This document shows, piece after piece, positions 56,672-64,000 of a stretch of DNA of 64,000 nucleotides. The stretch's first letter is position 1. Each line of letters begins with the position of its first letter. Below the pieces are notes generated by a model. The model worked only from the letters and a program-made list of their open reading frames with translations, ran no database searches and was not told the origin of the DNA. The stretch is from Pseudomonadota bacterium (GTDB lineage: Bacteria > Pseudomonadota > Alphaproteobacteria > Rhodobacterales > Rhodobacteraceae): NCBI GenBank assembly GCA_021813365.1, contig JAKALB010000003.1:360-64359 (forward strand), written 5' to 3'. A program made the position numbers and the translations under genes.

Positions 56672-57349
56672 ATGATCCTGTCCACCTCGCACAACTTCCT
56701 GTTCGTGCACGTTCCCAAGACGGCCGGCACCGCAATGACGGCCGCGCTCGAGCCTTTCGCCGTTTCCGGCACGCGGACCATCTGGCGGCGCGCGCTCCGG
56801 CGCTTGCCGCTGCGCGAGGCGCCGGACAGGGCCTATTTCCGCAAGCATGAGACCGCGGCCGACATGCAGCGCAAGATGGGGTCCGAGGCCTTCGCCGGCT
56901 TTCTGAAGTTTGCCGCGGTGCGCAATCCCTTCGACCACGCCGTGTCGCATTACGAATACCTGAAGGAGTTTCGCAATCCCGGGCTGGCCGCCAGGTTCGC
57001 CGAAATGAGCTTTGCGCAATACCTGGATTGGCGGATGACGCGGCACGGGCCCTTCGTGCCATTCTTCACCGTGCTGCCCGACCAGACGCATTGGCTGGTG
57101 GATCATTCCGGGCGCATGCTGGTGGACCGGGTGCTGAGGTTCGAGACGCTGGCCGAGGATTTCGCGGCGTTGACAGCGGAGCTGGGGCTGGGCGCGGTAG
57201 CCATGGCCCGTATCAACCCCACGCGGGCAAAGGCCGCGGGGCGCCGGCTGGACAGTTACTATGACGCGGGCACGCTGGAGCGCGTGCGACGGCTTTATGA
57301 CCGGGATTTCGACCTGCTCGGCTATGCCCGCGACTTGCCGCGGGATTAG
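56672..57349 (+). CDS. Sulfotransferase family 2 protein
   Basis: FVHVPKTAGT (5'-PSB), FAAVRNPFDHAVSHY (3'-PB), LRFETL, YDRDFDLLGY. Confidence 0.85.
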   Translation: MILSTSHNFLFVHVPKTAGTAMTAALEPFAVSGTRTIWRRALRRLPLREAPDRAYFRKHETAADMQRKMGSEAFAGFLKFAAVRNPFDHAVSHYEYLKEFRNPGLAARFAEMSFAQYLDWRMTRHGPFVPFFTVLPDQTHWLVDHSGRMLVDRVLRFETLAEDFAALTAELGLGAVAMARINPTRAKAAGRRLDSYYDAGTLERVRRLYDRDFDLLGYARDLPRD

Positions 57350-58086
57350 GTTTCGTAACCGAAGGTATCGAAGATCGCCCGATCGCGAACCAGGAGGGCA
57401 GCTTTCTGGGCAGGGTTCAGCGCCTGGGCCGCGGCCGTGCGGTCGCTGCGGTGGCTGCCCTTGGCGTCGGTCATATGCGCCAACAGGTCCACACCGGCCC
57501 GTTCCGACAGGCGGGCCAGATCCTGGGCCAGGTTTTCATAGCGGATCACGAAATCCGGGCGGCGGCGATCGAACAGATAGGGCAGGTTCGGGGACGGCAG
57601 CGCCAGGCCACGATCGATCATGCTGGACAGCGACACATCGCCGCCCGCAAGACGCTTGTGATGCCAGGCCCAGGAGACCAGCTGTTCATAGGGATGGCGC
57701 ACCATGGTCACCAGATAGGCGCGGGCCAGCATGGCGCCGCCGCCGCGGCGGCGGATGTCCTGTGGCGTCATGTGGTTGAAGTAGCGCGCCGAAATCTTCG
57801 AGTAGAGCTTGCCATGCCCGCCGGGCAGCCAGCGTCCCGGCACACGGCCCGTAGCGCGGTAGATGGCAAGGTCGGCAAGATAGCGCCGCTCGACCAGGCC
57901 AAGCCAGGCCCAGTTTTCCGGCGGGCGGCCGCCAGCCTCGGCCCGTTTCCGTTCGTCTTCGGGAAGCAGGGGGGTGATGATGTCGGACTCGCTACCCGGC
58001 GCACAGGACAACGCGATTTCGACCGAAGTCGAGGCCGTCTTGTGCGGCTTGATGAACAGAAGATTCTGGGCGGCCAGATAGATCAT
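57346..58086 (-). CDS. Sulfotransferase family 2-like protein
   Basis: FIKPHKTASTS, VRHPYEQLVSW, IRYENL, DRAIFDTFGY. Confidence 0.8.
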   Translation of the reverse strand: MIYLAAQNLLFIKPHKTASTSVEIALSCAPGSESDIITPLLPEDERKRAEAGGRPPENWAWLGLVERRYLADLAIYRATGRVPGRWLPGGHGKLYSKISARYFNHMTPQDIRRRGGGAMLARAYLVTMVRHPYEQLVSWAWHHKRLAGGDVSLSSMIDRGLALPSPNLPYLFDRRRPDFVIRYENLAQDLARLSERAGVDLLAHMTDAKGSHRSDRTAAAQALNPAQKAALLVRDRAIFDTFGYET

Positions 58087-58165
58087 TCGGGGCACCGGGC
58101 GGGCAACTTGTGCTTTCCCTAGACAGACCCTATCCAGCTTGGCAAGCGGTCAATCGGATGGGTGC

Positions 58166-60211
58166 ATGGCGCAGTCACGCAGCGGCGGAGCATATCGCCC
58201 CGAAATCGACGGGCTGCGCGCCATCGCGGTCCTGTCGGTCATCGCCTATCATCTGGGCTTGCCTGGCGTCCGGTCGGGCTATGCCGGCGTGGATGTGTTC
58301 TTCGTCATCTCCGGTTTTCTGATCGGGGGGATCGTGCTGCGCGAACGGGCCGAGGGCACGTTCACCTATCGCCGGTTCTATGCCCGGCGGGTGCGCCGCA
58401 TCCTGCCGGCCCTGTGCGCGACGATGCTGGTGATCCTGCCCTTTGCCTGGGCGGTGATGACCCCGCATCAACTGCGCTATTACGGCGGGGCGGTGGTGTC
58501 GACCCTGGCCTTCCTGTCAAATGTCTGGTTTTACAACCTCATCGACTACTTCAACCCTGATGCCCTGCTGGATCCGCTGCTGCACACCTGGAGCCTGGGG
58601 GTCGAAGAGCAATTCTATCTGCTGTTTCCGCCGCTTGTCGCGCTGGTGGCCAGGCTGGGCCGGCGGGCGATGGGTCCGGTGCTGGCGGGGCTGGCGCTGG
58701 CAAGCCTGGCGGTGACGCTGGCCACATCCGGGATGCGGCCGACGCTGTCGTTCTACATGCTGCACAGCCGGATGTGGGAATTGCTGGGAGGCGTTCTGGC
58801 GGCCATGGCGCTGCCCCGCGCCGCGCGGCTGCCACGCGCCTGGGCGGGGATTCTGGCCGCATCGGGCCTCATCCTGACCCTGGCCGGCGTACTGGCCCTG
58901 CCCGCGCCGCGCGGCTGGCCGGGCCCGCTTACGCTGATCCCGGTGATCGGCGCGGTGCTGATCGTCCTGTTTGCATCGTCCGGCCCGGCCCGCTGGATCC
59001 TGGCCAGCCCACCGTTCCGCTCCGTAGGGCTGATTTCCTATTCGGCCTACCTGATCCATCACCCCCTGATCGTCCTGCTGGCGATTTCCGGACATGAGGT
59101 CACCACCATCCCGGGCAAACTGGCGATTCTGGTCATCACCCTGGCCCTGGCCGGACTGAGCTGGGCGATGATCGAGCAGCCCTTCCGCCGCCATGGCCCA
59201 CTGCCCCTGGCGTTGCGGCGCAGCCTGGTCGCGGCCGTCGCGGGACTGGCCGTCTTTGCCCTGGGCGGCCATCTGACCAAGGGCTACCCATTCCGCCTGC
59301 CCCAGGCCGCGCGCGCGGTTCTGGCCTATGCCGACAGCCGCTCGCCCACCCATGCCAGATGCGCCCTGGGTCGGGCCGAGGCCCTGCAGATCGACCCCGA
59401 CCGGGCCTGCCTGCACAATCCGGACGCCAGGGGCCCCGCCGTCGTCATCTGGGGCGACAGCCATGTCTCGGTGCTGACCGATCAACTGGCCCGGGCGCTA
59501 CCCGAGCTGCCGATCCGCGAATTCTCGCTGGGAGGTTGTCCGCCGATTCCGGATGCGCTGAACATCCTGCAGCAGACCAATGCGCCGGTGCGGATGTCGG
59601 AGGCCTGCGCCTGGTACAACAAGACCCTGCGCGACTGGATCCTGGCGCACGACGAGGTGAAAATCGTGGTCCTTTATGCCTACTGGACGAACTACACCGA
59701 GCGCCGCGCCTTTGACACCCGGGCAGGCCTTGTGCTGGCCGACAAGCTTTATGCCGTTCCGACGGATGCGCCGCCGGATCAGGACGACGCGGCGCGTCTG
59801 GCCGGGCTGACGGCGCATCTCGCCCGGCTGGTGAATGACCTGCGTGCCGCGGGAAAACAGGTTCTGGTGGTCGACCCCTTGCCGATCGGCGCCTGGGATG
59901 TGCCGCAGGATGTGGCCCGGATCATCTGGTCTACCGGCACGGTCCCCCAGCACCTGTCCTATCCCAGGTCCGCCTTCGACGATTACGCGGCCACGGCCCG
60001 GGCCATGCTGGCGGCCGCAGTGACCGGGCCGGGAACCCAGAGGCTGGACCTGTCGGACCGCCTGTGCAGCCAGGCCGAGGGCTGTCTGGTGTTCGACGGG
60101 GCGGCGCCCCTGTTTTTCGACACCAACCACCTGTCGCAGCCCGGCGTGGCGCGGATCGTGCCGGGGCTCGCGCTTGCCATCCGCGCCATCGCCGGCCGCC
60201 TGTCCCCGTGA
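58166..60211 (+). CDS. AT3-SGNH fused O-acyltransferase (OafA-like)
   Basis: YRPEIDGLRAIAV, GVDVFFVISGFLI, FYARRVRRILP, HTWSLGVEEQFY, WGDSH (SGNH), DTNHLS. Confidence 0.9.
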   Translation: MAQSRSGGAYRPEIDGLRAIAVLSVIAYHLGLPGVRSGYAGVDVFFVISGFLIGGIVLRERAEGTFTYRRFYARRVRRILPALCATMLVILPFAWAVMTPHQLRYYGGAVVSTLAFLSNVWFYNLIDYFNPDALLDPLLHTWSLGVEEQFYLLFPPLVALVARLGRRAMGPVLAGLALASLAVTLATSGMRPTLSFYMLHSRMWELLGGVLAAMALPRAARLPRAWAGILAASGLILTLAGVLALPAPRGWPGPLTLIPVIGAVLIVLFASSGPARWILASPPFRSVGLISYSAYLIHHPLIVLLAISGHEVTTIPGKLAILVITLALAGLSWAMIEQPFRRHGPLPLALRRSLVAAVAGLAVFALGGHLTKGYPFRLPQAARAVLAYADSRSPTHARCALGRAEALQIDPDRACLHNPDARGPAVVIWGDSHVSVLTDQLARALPELPIREFSLGGCPPIPDALNILQQTNAPVRMSEACAWYNKTLRDWILAHDEVKIVVLYAYWTNYTERRAFDTRAGLVLADKLYAVPTDAPPDQDDAARLAGLTAHLARLVNDLRAAGKQVLVVDPLPIGAWDVPQDVARIIWSTGTVPQHLSYPRSAFDDYAATARAMLAAAVTGPGTQRLDLSDRLCSQAEGCLVFDGAAPLFFDTNHLSQPGVARIVPGLALAIRAIAGRLSP

Positions 60212-60242
60212 CATTGCCGCGTTTCGTGCTATGGGCTTGCTG

Positions 60243-61364
60243 ATGAACCGTTCACTGCTTTTCGTCACCGGAACCCGCGCCGATTTCGGCAAGCTGGAGC
60301 CTTTGGCCGTGGCCGCGCGCGATGCGGGAATGGCGGTCAGCTTCTTTGTGACCGGCATGCACATGCTGGAACGCTATGGCCTGACCAAGGTCGAGGTGCA
60401 CCGGATGCCGGGTGTCACGGTGCACGAATTCCTGAACCAGCGGCCCGGCGATCCGCAGGACATGATCCTGGCCAAGACGGTTGTCGGCTTTTCCGACTTC
60501 CTGCAGGAACATCGGCCCGATCTGGTGGTGATCCACGGCGACCGGATCGAGGCCCTGGCATGCAGCCTGGTCACCGCGACCAACTATGTCAGGTCCGCCC
60601 ATATAGAGGGCGGCGAAGTCTCCGGCACGATCGACGAGGTGTTCCGGCACTGCAACACCAAGCTGGCGGGGCACCACTTCGTCTCGTCCGAGGCCGCCGC
60701 CCGGCGGGTGATGCGGCTGGGCGAACCGGCCGCATCCGTGCATGTGATCGGCTCGCCCGAACTGGATTTTCACGCCAGACCCAGCGGGGTCAGCCTGGAT
60801 CAGGTGCGAGCGCGTTATGCCATTCCCTTTGCCGATTACGGGATCGCGGTGTTCCATCCGGTGACCTCCGAGGCTGCGACGATCGGCGCACAGGCCGAAG
60901 GGCTGTTTGGCGCACTTGCGGCATCGGGGCGGAATTTCGTGGTGATCGCGCCCAACAACGATCCCGGATCCGAGGCGATCTTTCAGGTGCAAGAGCGGCT
61001 GCCCGCCGAACGGTTCCGGCTGATTCCCTCGATGCGCTTTGCCTATTTCTCGGAACTGATGCGCAATGCGCGGGTGATGGTGGGCAATTCCAGCGCCGGG
61101 GTGCGCGAAGCGCCGTTCCTGGGGGTGCCAAGCCTGGACATCGGCACAAGGCAGACCAACCGCGCCGAGGCGCCATCCCTTTTCAGCGCGGCGGCAGATG
61201 ACCGGGCGGCCATCGCCGGATTCCTGGACCGGGAATGGGGCAAGACCTATCCGCGGCACACCGCATTCGGCGTAGGCAGGGCGGCGGACCGCTTCGTGGA
61301 GGTGCTGCGCGATCCCGGCTTCTGGACCGCGCCGTTGCAGAAAGAGTTCAGCGAGATTGGCTGA
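60243..61364 (+). CDS. neuC: UDP-N-acetylglucosamine 2-epimerase (hydrolysing)
   Basis: VTGTRADFGK, TGMH, HGDRIE, HIEGGEVSGTID, FHPVT, GNSSAG. Confidence 0.93.
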   Translation: MNRSLLFVTGTRADFGKLEPLAVAARDAGMAVSFFVTGMHMLERYGLTKVEVHRMPGVTVHEFLNQRPGDPQDMILAKTVVGFSDFLQEHRPDLVVIHGDRIEALACSLVTATNYVRSAHIEGGEVSGTIDEVFRHCNTKLAGHHFVSSEAAARRVMRLGEPAASVHVIGSPELDFHARPSGVSLDQVRARYAIPFADYGIAVFHPVTSEAATIGAQAEGLFGALAASGRNFVVIAPNNDPGSEAIFQVQERLPAERFRLIPSMRFAYFSELMRNARVMVGNSSAGVREAPFLGVPSLDIGTRQTNRAEAPSLFSAAADDRAAIAGFLDREWGKTYPRHTAFGVGRAADRFVEVLRDPGFWTAPLQKEFSEIG

Positions 61365-62622
61365 GGCCCTGCCCACGGTGTTGCGTGCCTATCTTGGGGC
61401 CACGACCCTGCTGGAACCGGTCGCGCCATGGGTGCTGCGCTGGCGGTTGCGGCGGGGCAAGGAAGATCCGGTGCGCTGGCGGGAAAAACTGGGGGCGCCC
61501 AGTGCGCCGCGTCCGGAGGGCCAACTGGTCTGGATGCATGCGGTGGGGCTGGGCGAGGTTATGGCGCTGCGCGGGCTGATCGCGCGGATGGCCGGCGCAA
61601 GACCCGACCTGTCCTTCCTGGTGACATCAACCGCGCGATCCAGCGGTGAAGTCTTTGCCCGCAACCTTCCGGCGCACACGCAGCACCAGTATCTGCCGCT
61701 GGACCTGCCCGGCGCTGCGGCGCGCTTTCTGGCGCATTGGCGTCCGGACCTGTCGGTCTGGGCCGAACAGGATCTCTGGCCGGGGCTGGTGGCCCGCGCC
61801 CTGTTGCGGGATGTGCCGGTGGCGCTGGTGAATGCACGGATGGATGCGACGAGCTTTGCCGCACGCAACCGCTGGCGTGGTGTCTATGCGCCGTTGCTGG
61901 CGCGCATGTCCTGCCTGTCGGCGCAGGACGCGGTCAGCGCGCGGCATCTGGAACGGCTCGGCGGGCGGAATGTGGCGGTGACGGGCACGCTGAAGGCCGC
62001 AGCGCCGCCTCTCGGCCATGATGCCGGGCGGCTGGCGGCGATGCGGGTGGCCACGGCGGGGCGGACGCTCTGGCTGCTGGCGTCCTCGCACCCCGAAGAC
62101 GAGGCGGTGGCGCTGGCCGCGCATCGCCTGCGGTTGGCGTCCGACCCGGGCAGCCTGCTGCTGATCGTGCCGCGTGACGTGCGACGGGGAGAGAACTTGG
62201 TTCGCGCGGCGGGGGCGGCAGGGCTGCGGGCGGCGCGGCTCGGTCAGGTGACGGCGCCGGAAGCCGGGGTGCAGGTCTTTGTCGCCGACAGCTATGGCGA
62301 GATGGGCCTGTGGCTGCGACTGTGCCCGGTGGCTCTGATCGGCGGCACCTATGGGCCGGTCGAGGGGCATAACCCGTGGGAGGCGGTGCGGCTTGGCGCG
62401 GCCGTGCTGCACGGGCCGCGGGTCGCCAATTTTCAGGGCGATTACCGGGCTTTGGGTCCACAGGGCGCGCTGATGTGCCCCGATCCGCAGGCGGTGGCCT
62501 CGGCCCTTGCCCGCGACTTCACGGCCCAGCGTGCCCATGCGACGCGGGTGGCCGAAGCCGCCGCCAGGGGGGCCGATCAGCTGGCGGCCAACCTGCTTGC
62601 TCTGATCGGGAGGCGAGGATGA
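61357..62622 (+). CDS. GT30 Kdo-transferase (WaaA)-like glycosyltransferase, paralogue 1
   Basis: WMHAVGLGE, HQYLPLD, LWP, ASSHPEDE, VPRD, DSYGEM, GHNPWEA; TTG start overlapping neuC. Confidence 0.85.
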   Translation: MAEALPTVLRAYLGATTLLEPVAPWVLRWRLRRGKEDPVRWREKLGAPSAPRPEGQLVWMHAVGLGEVMALRGLIARMAGARPDLSFLVTSTARSSGEVFARNLPAHTQHQYLPLDLPGAAARFLAHWRPDLSVWAEQDLWPGLVARALLRDVPVALVNARMDATSFAARNRWRGVYAPLLARMSCLSAQDAVSARHLERLGGRNVAVTGTLKAAAPPLGHDAGRLAAMRVATAGRTLWLLASSHPEDEAVALAAHRLRLASDPGSLLLIVPRDVRRGENLVRAAGAAGLRAARLGQVTAPEAGVQVFVADSYGEMGLWLRLCPVALIGGTYGPVEGHNPWEAVRLGAAVLHGPRVANFQGDYRALGPQGALMCPDPQAVASALARDFTAQRAHATRVAEAAARGADQLAANLLALIGRRG

Positions 62623-63935
62623 GCCGCTTCCCCTCGCCGCGGTTGCGGCGGATGCTGTGGCTTTACAAGGCGGCCTGGGTGCTGCTGTTTCCCGCGATCC
62701 TGGCCTATCTGGCCTGGCGCGGGCGCAAGGATGCGGAATACATGGCGCATCTGGGCGAACGTTTCGGCGGGCATGCGCCAATGCCGGGGGCGGTCTGGGT
62801 CCATGCGGTGTCGCTGGGTGAACTGCGCTCGGCCGTTCCCCTGATCCGGGCGCTGCTGGCGCGGGGCGAGACCGTGGTGACCAGCCATTTCACCCCGGCC
62901 GGGCGACGCGAATGCCAGCGCATCTTTGCGGCCGAGATTGCCGCGCGCCGGCTACGCCCGGTCTGGGTGCCCTTCGAATTCCACTGGTGCCATGCCCGCT
63001 TCCTGCGCGCCTTTGCTCCGAAATTCGGCCTGGTGATGGAGATCGAGGTCTGGCCGCAGATGATCCTGTCGTGCCGCAGGGCCGGGGTGGCGCTGTATCT
63101 GTGCAACGCGCAGTATCCCGCGAAAAGCTTTGCCCGGGATCAGGGCCGCGCCCGAGCCGATCTGATGGCGGGCTTTGCCGGCGGTCTGGTGAAATCGGAC
63201 CTGCAGCGCCAGCGCTTTGCGGCGACCGGGCTGGCGCCCATCGCCGTCACCGGAGAACTGCGGTTCGACCAGCCGATTCCGGCGGCGCAGACGGCACCGG
63301 GCCAGGCCCTGCGCGCGCGCCTGCAGGCGCAGGGAAGGGCCGCCTTCACCATCGCCTCGGCCATCGAGGGCGAAGATGCGTTGTATATCGAGACGATCCG
63401 AAAGGTCCGGGCCGCCTGGCGCGCGCAGGGTCTGCCCGCGCCGCTGTTCGTCTATGTCCCGCGCGCACCCGAGCGGTTCGATGCGGTGGCCGGATTGCTC
63501 ACCCGGGCCGGACTGAGATTGCTGCGACGATCGGCGGACATCGCGGCAGATCTGTGGACTGCCGATGATCTGTCGGGGGTCGATGTGCTGTTGGGCGACA
63601 GCCTGGGCGAGATGTATTTCTACCTGTCGATCGGCGATCTGGCCATCGTGGGCGGCGGCTACATGCCCAAGGGTGCGCACAACATCAGCGAGCCCCTGGC
63701 GCTGGGCAAACCGGTGATCGTGGGCCCCTGCACCTGGACCATCGAATATCCGGCGGTCGAGGCCTGCGCCGCCGGTGTCTGCACGGTCGTGCCACCCGAA
63801 GACCTGGCCGATGCCCTGGCTCCCCGCGCACCGCGCCCGTCGCCCCAGGCCATTGCGGCCTTTCTCGCCGCCCATTCCGGCGCCGTGGCCAGAACCCTTG
63901 CCGCGCTGGATCAGTTCACTGCCGCAAAGGCATAG
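62619..63935 (+). CDS. GT30 Kdo-transferase (WaaA)-like glycosyltransferase, paralogue 2
   Basis: WVHAVSLGE, EIEVWP, GELRFD, VPRAPERF, DSLGEM, AHNISEP; ATGA overlap with paralogue 1. Confidence 0.85.
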   Translation: MSRFPSPRLRRMLWLYKAAWVLLFPAILAYLAWRGRKDAEYMAHLGERFGGHAPMPGAVWVHAVSLGELRSAVPLIRALLARGETVVTSHFTPAGRRECQRIFAAEIAARRLRPVWVPFEFHWCHARFLRAFAPKFGLVMEIEVWPQMILSCRRAGVALYLCNAQYPAKSFARDQGRARADLMAGFAGGLVKSDLQRQRFAATGLAPIAVTGELRFDQPIPAAQTAPGQALRARLQAQGRAAFTIASAIEGEDALYIETIRKVRAAWRAQGLPAPLFVYVPRAPERFDAVAGLLTRAGLRLLRRSADIAADLWTADDLSGVDVLLGDSLGEMYFYLSIGDLAIVGGGYMPKGAHNISEPLALGKPVIVGPCTWTIEYPAVEACAAGVCTVVPPEDLADALAPRAPRPSPQAIAAFLAAHSGAVARTLAALDQFTAAKA

Positions 63936-64000
63936 CCGAAACGCAGGTAATCGCTGCGATAGAAGGTCTCGACCTTGACCCGCAACGCGGCCTGATCGCC
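63911..64000 (-). CDS. C-terminus of a probable third sulfotransferase family 2 protein (truncated by window edge)
   Basis: Minus frame GDQAALRVKVETFYRSDYLRFGYAFAAVN*; Y..D..xFGY ending matches the other two sulfotransferase-like ORFs. Confidence 0.55.
   Translation of the reverse strand, partial: GDQAALRVKVETFYRSDYLRFGYAFAAVN

Overview
High-GC alphaproteobacterial chromosome segment. The gene order (his cluster, rlmB/tRNA-Tyr, cobT, carD-fdxA-helicase, psd-pssA, rpoH-rluD) points to Rhodobacteraceae (Rhodobacter/Gemmobacter/Tabrizicola-like); this assignment is inference. It carries about 60 CDSs, one tRNA-Tyr(GTA) and a dispersed REP/MITE-like repeat family, with no recognisable transposase, integrase, prophage or CRISPR array. 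Accessory blocks: (1) 1-5968, a rhamnose-type locus where an uncharacterised DUF4037 + URO-D/MtaA-like gene pair is coupled to a GH78 rhamnosidase downstream of a rhamnose isomerase; (2) 11736-19324, a lactose/beta-galactoside ABC-uptake + GH2 operon next to tRNA-Tyr; (3) 47893-54797, a polyamine-type ABC transporter flanked by two amidases; (4) 54829-64000, a surface-glycan locus with Neisseria-type sialic acid synthesis genes (neuB, neuC), three sulfotransferase-like genes, an OafA-type O-acyltransferase and two tandem, divergent Kdo-transferase (GT30) paralogues. The best candidate for an undescribed system is block 4: GT30 enzymes possibly acting as sialyltransferases on a sulfated/O-acetylated glycan. 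Other leads are the DUF4037/URO-D rhamnose module, an in-frame DNA ligase derivative lacking its adenylation domain, a GspL/PilM-to-PilP-like envelope-spanning protein and a candidate sRNA/attenuator downstream of rlmB. Family calls come from motif recognition by eye; no database searches were run.
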